From positions 3,668 through 67,667 of the forward strand of contig CACANC010000001.1 of assembly GCA_902533755.1 (NCBI GenBank): 64,000 bases of DNA, read 5' to 3'. The position numbers and the translations under genes are program-made. Shown piece after piece: positions 11,228 to 20,738 of the stretch. Source of the stretch: an uncultured PS1 clade bacterium. GTDB taxonomy: Bacteria > Pseudomonadota > Alphaproteobacteria > MED-G09. The notes below the pieces were generated by a model, which saw only the letters and a program-made list of their open reading frames with translations, had not been told where the DNA came from and made no database searches. Numbering within the stretch: position 1 is the stretch's first letter; each line of letters begins with the position of its first letter.

Positions 11228-11967
11228 AGGATTTTTGGAATAATTATTTTTCTTTCTTTTGGGTAATCTTCAAATTTTTCCTTGTACCATTTATGATGGC
11301 TTATAGCTCTTGGAAGTAAATTAAATATTGTCCAGAAAAAGAATACTAATCCAGATACGCTCCAAGTGAGAATAGCCCATCCAAGCCATTCTATAATTTC
11401 CCCCAAATAATTTGGGCTAGATACATATTTATACAATCCTTCTTGTGGAATTTTGTATCCATGCTCCGTATTTTTTGCTAATCGCATTAAGATATTGTCT
11501 GAATGAATATTAATGAAAGCACCTATAAGAAATATCAAAAAACCAATTATGAAGACTGGCTCTGTAAACCATGATATATCGTAATTAATATCAAGAAGAA
11601 AAAACCAATACCCGTGTAAGAAAGTGTTAACGGCATTGAATAAAAAGGCCATTAAGGCAACCAAAGCTGGCATTGTTCCATCTTTTTTTATTCTCATCGG
11701 CCATATAAAGCTTCTATTGAAATAATGTACTGACCATATAATCAAAAAGAAGATAAGAACAGGATTGCTAAATCCATCATAAAGAAAATAGTAGATCCAG
11801 AAAAGATATAATGCTGGGCTTTCCATTACTATCCAACCAAGTCTTTTGGGTATAGTTAATCCCCAGCCTGATCTTGAGTGTCTACCATAGGGAGCACTTA
11901 TTATAAGCAAAATGATAAAGGTAATAATACCAATAGTCATCCATATGTTTATCAGAATAGGGTACAT
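11224..11967 (-). CDS. Polytopic membrane protein, steroid 5-alpha-reductase / DUF1295 / ICMT-like family
   Basis: 247 aa with multiple TM helices. C-terminal block YKYVSSPNYLGEIIEWLGWA resembles the NADPH-binding region of 3-oxo-5α-steroid 4-dehydrogenase/DUF1295 proteins. Confidence 0.5.
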   Translation of the reverse strand: MYPILINIWMTIGIITFIILLIISAPYGRHSRSGWGLTIPKRLGWIVMESPALYLFWIYYFLYDGFSNPVLIFFLIIWSVHYFNRSFIWPMRIKKDGTMPALVALMAFLFNAVNTFLHGYWFFLLDINYDISWFTEPVFIIGFLIFLIGAFINIHSDNILMRLAKNTEHGYKIPQEGLYKYVSSPNYLGEIIEWLGWAILTWSVSGLVFFFWTIFNLLPRAISHHKWYKEKFEDYPKERKIIIPKIL

Positions 11968-12016
11968 AGCAATTTTAGGTTATCATAAAAAGTCTAAAGG
12001 TGATTCGTTAAATAAC

Positions 12017-12940
12017 ATGAAAAGAAAAATTTGGATAGATGGAGAATTTGTTGATTGGGATGATGCGTCAGTTCATATTCTTTCTCATTCCCATCAAAGG
12101 GGCTCATTGATTTTCGGTTTTATTCCTATTTTCGAAAATGAAAATGGAACATTTATTTTTAGGGTTGATAAACATATCGAGAGACTTCTCAAATCATGCC
12201 TTATGGCCGGAATTCCTATTGACTATATGGAGAATGAATTAATTAATGCAGTTTTTGATACGGTTAAAGAAAATCCCGGAAGTAAATTCATTAAAATCAG
12301 TGTTTATATTGCGTCCATAGAAATTGACGTAGTACCCCAGGATCCGTTTACCAAAGTTGCTATTGCTGCTTACGATCCTCAGAAGGATATTATCGAAAAG
12401 AATTCACAGCCATTTCATAGTTCCAAGCATTTAAGTGTGTGGATTGAGAAAGAGCGTCATCAGAGAAGACAAGATATCATTGAGCCGCAGATAAAAATAG
12501 CTGCCAATTATACTTCTCCAATGATGGCCAAGTGGGAAGCAAGAAAAAACGGATATGATGAAATCATCCTTACTGATAGTGAGGGCTATGTAACTGAGGC
12601 ACCAACATCGAATGTATTTATAGTTAATCGGGTTGGAGTCCTCAGGACGGCTCACGAGGACGAAGTTTTGCACGGCATTACCCGAATGAGCATTATCGAG
12701 ATAGCTGAAGACGAGGGCATAGAAATGGACATTGGACGCATCCCCCTTAGAGACCTCGAAGAGGCAAGGGAGGTTTTCATAACGTCATCTAGTCATCTTG
12801 TCTATCCAGTAAACAGTCTAGATGGAAAGCCTGTTGGAAATGGTGAAGCAGGAAAAACAACGATGATTCTGAAAAACCGATTTCTGAGAGTCACTGAAGG
12901 AAAAGACAATAAATTCAATAAATGGCTTTGCCCCGTATAG
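12017..12940 (+). CDS. Class IV (branched-chain / D-amino-acid) aminotransferase
   Basis: PLP fold-type IV features. Start placed at MKRKIWIDGEF (atg at 12017) rather than the ORF-track start at 11912, which would overlap the convergent upstream gene. Confidence 0.65.
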   Translation: MKRKIWIDGEFVDWDDASVHILSHSHQRGSLIFGFIPIFENENGTFIFRVDKHIERLLKSCLMAGIPIDYMENELINAVFDTVKENPGSKFIKISVYIASIEIDVVPQDPFTKVAIAAYDPQKDIIEKNSQPFHSSKHLSVWIEKERHQRRQDIIEPQIKIAANYTSPMMAKWEARKNGYDEIILTDSEGYVTEAPTSNVFIVNRVGVLRTAHEDEVLHGITRMSIIEIAEDEGIEMDIGRIPLRDLEEAREVFITSSSHLVYPVNSLDGKPVGNGEAGKTTMILKNRFLRVTEGKDNKFNKWLCPV

Positions 12941-12962
12941 GTTTATGAAACAATGAATAATT

Positions 12963-14333
12963 TCAAAATTGAGGAACCTTCTCTTTTCTGATCATAGTAT
13001 GAAGCCCTGATATTTTATTTAATCTTCTTGAAATAAGAGTTGCAAATATTGTCAAACCGACAATCATGCTGATCCACATTCCGCTTTCTCCCATGGGTTG
13101 GTTTATACCGTAATAAGTAAGATAGTAGCCAAAAGGTATAGCAAACACCCAATAGGCAATAATGATAAAAACCATTGTCATGAAAGTATCTTTATATCCT
13201 CTCAATGCCCCAAGACTTCCCATGCCAATACCATCGGGAATTTGGAAAATGGCAGCAAAAACAATTAAATGACTTGCAACGGAAAAAACCAGAACATCGG
13301 TTGTATAAAGTGATATAAGTTTGTCACCCATTGTGACTAGGAGTGTCATATTAAATAGGGCGCCAATTAAACATAGGTATACAGAAACCTTGGATGAGTA
13401 TCGTGCATCAATATATCTCTTTTCTCCCAGTAGATTACCGACCCTCGTTGATGCGGCAAGACCTATAGCCAGCGGTAACATAAATACAATGCTTGCAATG
13501 TTGAGTGCAACAGCATGACCCGAGACAACATTTTCTCCAAGCGGTGCTAGAATTATGGCAGCCCCTGAATACATGCTTAATTCAACAAATATTCCAAAAC
13601 CAATGGGGGTCCCAAGCTTGAAAACCTCCATGGAGGTTTTCAAAGATGGCCCATCAAATCTACTGAATAATTTATTTTTCTTATAGGATTTGGAAAATAA
13701 AACAATGCCAAGCATTGCAACAAACATTAGTGTTGAAACTATTGTTGTAGCATATCCACAACCAACACCTCCCATCTCTGGTAATCCGAAATATCCATAT
13801 ACAAATATTATATCCAGCGGGATATTTATTAATGCGCCCATGAAGACAACTATGAAAACTGGAATTGTAAGAGTTAAACCCTCGCTATATGAACTTAACA
13901 GTCTATACAATATATAGAAAAACATACCTATGGAAATTGCTTTGAGATAAGAAATAGATATTGAAGTAATTGTTTCATCAATAGGCAAAAAGATCAGTAA
14001 TTGGCTACCAAAATAGAAAATAATAACTAAAAGAAGGCCAAGTAAAACAGCCAACCAAAAGACTTCTCTTATTTTTTGACCTATTTCTAGATCTTTATTT
14101 GCACCATTAAGTTGCGCTACAATTGGAATGACAGAAAAAATTATCCCCGCCATAAACATGAAAATTGGATAAGTAAAGGAATTGGCTATTACAAGACCTG
14201 CGAGTTGGTCAGCTCCGGCTCTTCCAGCAACTATTGTATCCGTAGCTGACATAATCATAAATGATAATTGTGAACCAAGCATTGGAAAGCCAATACGAAA
14301 GAAATATTTGGATTCATTAAAGAATTTATTCAT
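12963..14333 (-). CDS. norM: MATE family multidrug/Na+ efflux transporter
   Basis: 456 aa, 12-TM profile, typical N-terminal MATE sequence (FRIGFPMLGSQLSFMIMSATDTIVAGR). Confidence 0.8.
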   Translation of the reverse strand: MNKFFNESKYFFRIGFPMLGSQLSFMIMSATDTIVAGRAGADQLAGLVIANSFTYPIFMFMAGIIFSVIPIVAQLNGANKDLEIGQKIREVFWLAVLLGLLLVIIFYFGSQLLIFLPIDETITSISISYLKAISIGMFFYILYRLLSSYSEGLTLTIPVFIVVFMGALINIPLDIIFVYGYFGLPEMGGVGCGYATTIVSTLMFVAMLGIVLFSKSYKKNKLFSRFDGPSLKTSMEVFKLGTPIGFGIFVELSMYSGAAIILAPLGENVVSGHAVALNIASIVFMLPLAIGLAASTRVGNLLGEKRYIDARYSSKVSVYLCLIGALFNMTLLVTMGDKLISLYTTDVLVFSVASHLIVFAAIFQIPDGIGMGSLGALRGYKDTFMTMVFIIIAYWVFAIPFGYYLTYYGINQPMGESGMWISMIVGLTIFATLISRRLNKISGLHTMIRKEKVPQF

Positions 14334-15162
14334 CTATGATATTTTTCCTAATAATTCTTGATGCTGTATCGATAATCGCAACCATTATAAGAATTAATAT
14401 TATGATAAATAGAGTTTGATCCCAGTATTGCGCCTTCATTCTCTCAGTTAGCTGTAAACCAATTCCTCCAGCACCAACAACACCAAGAATTACTGCTGAT
14501 CTTGTATTAGACTCAAAGAAATATAAGCTTTGCGAAATAAATATTGGAAAAATTTGCGGAATTAATCCGTAACGAATTACTGAAATCTTGCTGGCACCGG
14601 TTGATTGCATACCTTCAATTTGACGAGCATCAGCATTATCTGTTGCTTCTGAAAATAACTTTCCAAGTGTTCCTACATCAACTGTGAATATAGATAGTAA
14701 CCCAGCAAATGGTCCTAAACCGAATGCTCTTACATAAATAATTGCCCAGATTAATATATCAACTCCTCTAATAAAATCTAAAAAGCGTTTTATAAGAAAA
14801 CGTATTAAACCAAATTTGAAAATTTGACGCGAAGCAACAAAACTAATTGGTATACATACCAAAGTGGCTAAGAATGTACCTAAGAATGCCATACCAAGTG
14901 TTTGAGCTAGGCCAGTGAAGATAGAATTAAAATTCCAATTAAAAAAATCATTCCAGGTAAACATTGCAACTAAAATAGGTTTCATATTTGAAAGACCAGA
15001 AAGTATTTTTCCTAAGGAGAAATCAAAATAATATAAGCAAAATAGAAAATAGAAAATTACTAGTATGTAACCTGTAAAAACTATTGGTGAGCGTTTCCAT
15101 AAAGGGTAAAATGCTTTCGGACAGAGTGATATTATATCTTTTTCAGACACCCATCTCTCCAA
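14326..15162 (-). CDS. phnE: Phosphonate/phosphite-type ABC transporter permease
   Basis: 278 aa. PhnE/PtxC family permease with ABC TM domain. Overlaps the upstream paralog and the downstream MATE gene. Confidence 0.75.
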   Translation of the reverse strand: MERWVSEKDIISLCPKAFYPLWKRSPIVFTGYILVIFYFLFCLYYFDFSLGKILSGLSNMKPILVAMFTWNDFFNWNFNSIFTGLAQTLGMAFLGTFLATLVCIPISFVASRQIFKFGLIRFLIKRFLDFIRGVDILIWAIIYVRAFGLGPFAGLLSIFTVDVGTLGKLFSEATDNADARQIEGMQSTGASKISVIRYGLIPQIFPIFISQSLYFFESNTRSAVILGVVGAGGIGLQLTERMKAQYWDQTLFIIILILIMVAIIDTASRIIRKNIIDE

Positions 15163-16021
15163 TAATTTTTTGCCTAATTCTTCCTGATGAAATATCTATA
15201 GTTATAACGGTTAATATAATCAGAAGAATTATTGCGCTTACTTCTTCGTAATAATTGAAATTAATTACAAGATAAAGCTCTTGGCCGATTCCTCCAGCTC
15301 CAACAAATCCTATAACAGTTGACGCCCTTATGTTGATCTCAAATCTCAAAAGAGCATAAGATATTATATTCGGAAGAACTTTTGGGATTATTCCATAACG
15401 CATTTCAGAAACCCAATTACCTCCATGAGATCGAATAGCTTCGCATGTTTTCAAGTCTGCATTTTCATGAACTTCCGAAAATAACTTTCCTAATGCACCA
15501 GTTGTATGAATAGTTATTGCTATAATACCTGCTAGAGGACCGACACCTAGAGCCCAAACAAAAAGTATAGCAAATATAATTTCAGGAACCCCTCTGAGGA
15601 ATTCTAAGATTCTTTTTACGAGATGGTAGCTATAAATATTTGGAGTTATGTTTTTAGCTGACAAAAAACTTAAGATTAAAGCAAATATAAAACCCATTAA
15701 GGTCGCTAAAACCGCCATATTAAATGTTTCATAGAGAAGGGCGGCGTATTTTTTAAAATTAAAATACCAATATTGAATGGAGCCTTCAGTTTTTGAGTTT
15801 TCGAGAATTAGATTAATATCAAGATTAGGTAGTATTTTAACGATATAATCACTAAGTCTCGGAAAACCATCAATTATTTGAGATAAATTAAAGTCAATTA
15901 TTGAAGAACTCATAAAAAAAGATACAGCAAAAATAAGAATGATAAATATATTCCATAATCTTCTGCTTCTTAATTGCTCAGAATATATAGTTATATGCCT
16001 TTTAAGAAGAGAATCATTCAT
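15143..16021 (-). CDS. phnE: Phosphonate/phosphite-type ABC transporter permease (paralog)
   Basis: 292 aa. Homologous to the adjacent permease; EAIRSHG-containing conserved loop. Confidence 0.75.
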   Translation of the reverse strand: MNDSLLKRHITIYSEQLRSRRLWNIFIILIFAVSFFMSSSIIDFNLSQIIDGFPRLSDYIVKILPNLDINLILENSKTEGSIQYWYFNFKKYAALLYETFNMAVLATLMGFIFALILSFLSAKNITPNIYSYHLVKRILEFLRGVPEIIFAILFVWALGVGPLAGIIAITIHTTGALGKLFSEVHENADLKTCEAIRSHGGNWVSEMRYGIIPKVLPNIISYALLRFEINIRASTVIGFVGAGGIGQELYLVINFNYYEEVSAIILLIILTVITIDISSGRIRQKIIGEMGV

Positions 16022-16760
16022 TTTCTAAATCGTATAATTGTTCTGCTAATTCTTTAGTGAGAGAGGATGGATGGCCGTCAAAGACTATTTTTCCATCAGA
16101 TAAACCAATCAAACGATCACAATATTCTTTAGCTATTTCTAGGGAGTGAAGGTTACATATGACCATGATGCCATCTTGTTTATTAATCTTTTTTATGTCA
16201 TCCATAACAACCTTTGAGTTTTTTGGATCCAAAGAAGAAATAGGTTCATCTGCAAGTAAAATTGATGGATTCTGCATCATCGCTCTTGCGATAGCCACTC
16301 TCTGCTGTTGACCCCCAGAGAGCGTTCCAACTCTTTGCAGCGCTTTATCTGAAAGATCTAAATTATTTAAATATGTTAGCGCTTCAATTTTTTCTTTTTT
16401 ACTGTAAATCTTTAATAATTTCAGTAATTTAAAATTAATACCTAATGTTCCACTTAAGACATTTGTTAATACATCTAAGCGATCTATTAGATTGAATTGT
16501 TGAAAAATCATTGCACATTTCGACCGCCATTGTTTTAAGTTTTTACCTTTAAGAGAGGTAATTTCAATTCCATTATAAGCAATAGATCCGCTTGTCGGTT
16601 CGATTAATCGATTAATTAATCTCATGAGTGTAGATTTACCTGCACCTGACTTGCCTATAATACCTACCATTTCCCCATCTAATATTCTTATCGAAATATC
16701 ATTTATAGCTGTAGTTTCAGAAAATTTTTTAACTAGTGAATTAATCTCAAGAGAAGCCAT
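16014..16760 (-). CDS. phnC: Phosphonate-type ABC transporter ATP-binding protein
   Basis: 248 aa. Walker A GKSGAGKST, signature LSGGQQQRVAIARA, Walker B ILLADEP. PhnC-like N-terminal sequence. Confidence 0.8.
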   Translation of the reverse strand: MASLEINSLVKKFSETTAINDISIRILDGEMVGIIGKSGAGKSTLMRLINRLIEPTSGSIAYNGIEITSLKGKNLKQWRSKCAMIFQQFNLIDRLDVLTNVLSGTLGINFKLLKLLKIYSKKEKIEALTYLNNLDLSDKALQRVGTLSGGQQQRVAIARAMMQNPSILLADEPISSLDPKNSKVVMDDIKKINKQDGIMVICNLHSLEIAKEYCDRLIGLSDGKIVFDGHPSSLTKELAEQLYDLENE

Positions 16761-16845
16761 AATTATCCTAAAAAATCATTAAATTGTTTGTATTTAAATA
16801 TTTACCAAATAATATCCTATTTAATCTATAGGATTACTCAATTTT

Positions 16846-18336
16846 ATGAAAAGAAATTTATATAATATAATTTTATTAAATTTGATATCTTTTACTCCGA
16901 TAAAGGTTTTTGCAGGGATTGATGAAAGTATTAATAATTTTCTTGAGCCTGTTTCAAAAGTAGTCTCAAGTATAGTTTTTTATAGTTTACCTCTGGGCTC
17001 AACAAATGTTGAGTTGATTGTAATTTGGTTAATTTTAGGAGGACTTTTTTGTACATTTTACTTTAAATTTGTGAATTTTAGCGCTTTTAGGCATTCTATT
17101 GCCCTTGTTAGCGGTAAATACACAAGCAGTGATTCTTCTGGAGAGGTTTCGCATTTTAAGGCCCTTTCAACTGCATTATCTGGCACTGTAGGTTTAGGAA
17201 ATATTGGCGGTGTTGCAGTTGCAATATCTCTTGGAGGTCCTGGAGCAACATTTTGGATGATATTATCTGGTTTACTTGGGATGTCTCTTAAATTTTGTGA
17301 ATGTACGCTTGGAGTTAAATACAGAAACATAAATCCTGATGGGAGTGTATCTGGTGGTGCAATGTATTATCTTACAAAAGGCTTATCGGAAAAAGGGATG
17401 CCAATTTTAGGAAAATTTTTGGCTTACATGTTTGCTATTTTTTGTGTATTTGCCTCATTGGGCGGTGGAAATATGTTTCAGGTAAATCAATCTTTGGATT
17501 TGATTATCTATGTTTCTGGTGGCCAAGGTGGTTTTTTAGACCTTAATTCATGGGTTTATGGGGTAATTTTTGCATTTCTTTTAGGGGTAGTGATAATTGG
17601 AGGCATAAAAAGGATTGCTGCAGTGACATCAAAATTAGTCCCAAGCATGGCAATAATATATATTATTAGTGCGTTAGTTATATTAATTGTAAATATTGAT
17701 CAAATTCCAATTGCGCTTAAATCTATTTTTGTTGGCGCATTCTCTCCAGAAGGGGTTACAGGTGGATTTTTAGGTGTTTTGATATTGGGCTTTAGAAGGG
17801 CGGTATTCTCTAATGAAGCAGGTATAGGATCTGCACCAATTGCTCATTCAGCAGTTAAAACAAGTGAACCTGCGACAGAAGGTATTGTTTCCTTACTTGA
17901 ACCATTTATAGATACCGTTGTGATTTGCACCATCACAGCTCTTGTAATTATAACAACTGGCGTTTTTACTTCAGGCACTGGCATAGAAGGAGCAAGATTA
18001 ACATCTCAAGCGTTTGGATCAGTTCTACCTTGGTTCCCTTATGTATTAGCTATTGTTGCAATTCTTTTTGCGTTTTCAACAGCTATTTCTTGGTCATATT
18101 ATGGTGTAAAAGCAGTAACATTTATTTTTGGTGAAAAAAAATACATTGAACTCTTGTATAAATTAATTTTTTGTTCATTTGCAATAGTTGGAGCATCTTT
18201 GGACCTTACTAAGGTAATAGACCTATCTGACTCATCTTTATTTTTAATGGCTATACCTAATATTATTGGTGTCTATATTTTAGCCAGTATAGTTAAAAAA
18301 GAATTTTCAGATTATAAACAAAAATACATGAATTAA
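16846..18336 (+). CDS. Sodium:alanine (amino-acid) symporter, AGCS family
   Basis: 496 aa polytopic protein with AGCS family hallmarks (FKALSTALSGTVGLGNIGGVAVAI). Confidence 0.8.
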   Translation: MKRNLYNIILLNLISFTPIKVFAGIDESINNFLEPVSKVVSSIVFYSLPLGSTNVELIVIWLILGGLFCTFYFKFVNFSAFRHSIALVSGKYTSSDSSGEVSHFKALSTALSGTVGLGNIGGVAVAISLGGPGATFWMILSGLLGMSLKFCECTLGVKYRNINPDGSVSGGAMYYLTKGLSEKGMPILGKFLAYMFAIFCVFASLGGGNMFQVNQSLDLIIYVSGGQGGFLDLNSWVYGVIFAFLLGVVIIGGIKRIAAVTSKLVPSMAIIYIISALVILIVNIDQIPIALKSIFVGAFSPEGVTGGFLGVLILGFRRAVFSNEAGIGSAPIAHSAVKTSEPATEGIVSLLEPFIDTVVICTITALVIITTGVFTSGTGIEGARLTSQAFGSVLPWFPYVLAIVAILFAFSTAISWSYYGVKAVTFIFGEKKYIELLYKLIFCSFAIVGASLDLTKVIDLSDSSLFLMAIPNIIGVYILASIVKKEFSDYKQKYMN

Positions 18337-18971
18337 TGTCAAAGCAAAATAATACTCAAGAATTTCCTTCATATATTAATTCATTAAAGGGTTTTATGGA
18401 TCATGATGAAGGTAAATGTCTTAACAAATATGCAATTAAATCATCTGAGTACGGTCCTATTCTTGAAATAGGCTCTTACTGCGGAAAATCAACAATTTAT
18501 ATGGGTCTTGGAGTCAAAGGCAAGAATTGTTGCATTTATTCCATCGATCATCATATGGGATCAGAAGAAAATCAAGTTGGATGGGAATATCATGATTCTG
18601 ATCTTTTTGACGAAGAGACTGGAAAAATAAACTCTTTTCCTGAATTCATGCGTAATCTTCGTAAAGCTGATTTACTGGATACTGTGATACCAATAGTTTC
18701 AGACTCTTCATTGGTATCAAGAAATTGGAAAATACCTCTTTCAATGGTTTTTATAGATGGTGGCCATACAATGGAAACAGCTTTAAATGATTTCAATAAT
18801 TGGAAAGACAAAATTATTAAAGGAGGGATATTAGCAATCCATGATGTTTTTCCAAACCCTGATGATGGCGGTAGACCTCCATACGAAATTTACAAGAAAG
18901 CCTTATCAGAAGGAAATTTTAAAAAAGTTGAAGTTGTTAAATCAATGAGAATATTAGAAAAATTAAATTAG
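18336..18971 (+). CDS. Class I SAM-dependent methyltransferase (O-methyltransferase-like)
   Basis: 211 aa. Gly-rich SAM motif LEIGSYCGKST. ATG overlaps the AGCS stop (TAATG). Confidence 0.6.
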   Translation: MSKQNNTQEFPSYINSLKGFMDHDEGKCLNKYAIKSSEYGPILEIGSYCGKSTIYMGLGVKGKNCCIYSIDHHMGSEENQVGWEYHDSDLFDEETGKINSFPEFMRNLRKADLLDTVIPIVSDSSLVSRNWKIPLSMVFIDGGHTMETALNDFNNWKDKIIKGGILAIHDVFPNPDDGGRPPYEIYKKALSEGNFKKVEVVKSMRILEKLN

Positions 18972-20015
18972 ATTATCATCTAAAAAAATAGAAGAACCTT
19001 TTGAAAAATTATGAAGTGCATCGTAAGCTAAAATAACTGCAGCTGAGGTCCATCCAGGCTTTTCCATCGGCCAAAAAACTTTTTCAGTAACCTGCCTACC
19101 CATCCAATAAGCGCCATCACTATCAATGTAATCATTAATCCAAGACAATAATTCTTTAGCTTCATCTTTTTTTTGAATTTTAATTAAAGCAATAGCAAGT
19201 TCTGCTGTTTCAGCAATAGTAACCCATGGCTGATCCAAAACGCATAAACATCCTTTTTCATTTAGTACATATTTATTCCATTGAGAATTAATTCTTTCTT
19301 CCGCTTTTTTTCCAGCGATTGCTCCACAAAGAACAGGATAATACCAATCCATAGAGAATCTTTTTTTTGATTCCCATGTCTTATCAAAGCTCTCAGGTTT
19401 ATTTTTGATTGCATTTTCTAATTTTTCTAATGACTGAGTCCAATTAGGTCTTTCTTTATTTAATTGTGAGGCGCAATTAATTGCGCAAATGAGACTTTTG
19501 TATATTGAGCAACAACCAGTCAGAAGTGAATCATCTTTTGGTGCTTCAAGACTCTTTGCTGCCCATCTAATTGATCCATCCTTCATTTGATTTTCTATTA
19601 CAAAATTTATAGCTTTTTCTATCATCCCCCAATTATTAGTTAGGTTATCAACTGAATTGTTTATCAGAAAATCATGCCAGCAGGCTGTTGCAATATATGC
19701 CGCAAAATTTGTGTCTCTGAAAAATACTTTTGATTCTATATCTCTATTGATGAAAGTCCCTTTTTTTTCATCTATATCCAATGTGCTTCCAAGCTCTCCT
19801 AACCAAGAGCCATCATTTAATTGATTTTTTTTTAAATAAGAAAAACCTAAGTCAACTTCTTTTGAATATCCAAGAGCATTTAAAGCCATTACGCATTCAA
19901 GATGATTCCAAGCATCAAACACACCGTCTTCAGTCCAAGGTATGCAACCATCCTCTTTTTGCAATAAGATAATTCTTTTTATTGCCCCTTCTAAGTTTTT
20001 AGTTAATGAATTCAT
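18963..20015 (-). CDS. Prenyltransferase / squalene-oxidase-repeat (alpha/alpha-toroid) protein
   Basis: 350 aa with four Q-x-x-DG-(S/C)-W type repeats: QKEDGCIPW, QLNDGSW, QMKDGSIRW, DSDGAYW. These are characteristic of protein-prenyltransferase beta subunit and terpene-cyclase repeats. Confidence 0.5.
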   Translation of the reverse strand: MNSLTKNLEGAIKRIILLQKEDGCIPWTEDGVFDAWNHLECVMALNALGYSKEVDLGFSYLKKNQLNDGSWLGELGSTLDIDEKKGTFINRDIESKVFFRDTNFAAYIATACWHDFLINNSVDNLTNNWGMIEKAINFVIENQMKDGSIRWAAKSLEAPKDDSLLTGCCSIYKSLICAINCASQLNKERPNWTQSLEKLENAIKNKPESFDKTWESKKRFSMDWYYPVLCGAIAGKKAEERINSQWNKYVLNEKGCLCVLDQPWVTIAETAELAIALIKIQKKDEAKELLSWINDYIDSDGAYWMGRQVTEKVFWPMEKPGWTSAAVILAYDALHNFSKGSSIFLDDNLI

Positions 20016-20024
20016 TTGTTTTAA

Positions 20025-20738
20025 TTAATTATATTTTTTGAAGTAAAGAACTATAGATTTTCCCATTAATGGATCAAATAACTTTTCTAAGATACGAGTT
20101 AATAAAGGTCTTTTCATAATATCCCATTCAAGAAAGCTTTTATAAAAATTAACAAATGTATTATCTTCTCTCTTTACTCCAACAAAACATTTAAGCCACC
20201 AGTAAGGAGAATGTAATCCGTGTTTATGTTCTTTTCCTATGTAATTAAAACCATTTTCTAAAAATGCATTCTTTAATTCGGAGTATTTAAAAATTCTTAT
20301 ATGACCTCCAGGTTCATTGTGATAATCATCTGATAAAAGCCAACAAATTTTCTCTGGTAACCATCTTGGAACAGAAACGCCTATACTGGCCCCTGGTTTT
20401 GATATTCTATATATTTCATTAATAACATTCTCATAATCATATATATGTTCTAATACTTCCGAACATATTATGTGATCAAAAGTATTATCTTTAAACGGCA
20501 ATTGAAGTGCAGTTCCAGCCATTAAGCTAAATTTTCTATCACTTGATTCATTAATGTCAGGGTATTGTTGAAATCCTTGGTAAGTATGTTTCAATTCTTC
20601 TAATGAGAGATCTAAACCTATTACATGACATTTGCTATAATAATAAAGTTTATGTATGTGACGGCCTTTTCCGCAACCAAGGTCTAATATTTTTGAGCCA
20701 TCAACAATATTTAATTTATGAAGATCAATTGTTAGCAT
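20025..20738 (-). CDS. Class I SAM-dependent methyltransferase
   Basis: 237 aa. Motif I ILDLGCGKGRH and Methyltransf_11-like acidic post-I residue. Confidence 0.7.
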   Translation of the reverse strand: MLTIDLHKLNIVDGSKILDLGCGKGRHIHKLYYYSKCHVIGLDLSLEELKHTYQGFQQYPDINESSDRKFSLMAGTALQLPFKDNTFDHIICSEVLEHIYDYENVINEIYRISKPGASIGVSVPRWLPEKICWLLSDDYHNEPGGHIRIFKYSELKNAFLENGFNYIGKEHKHGLHSPYWWLKCFVGVKREDNTFVNFYKSFLEWDIMKRPLLTRILEKLFDPLMGKSIVLYFKKYN

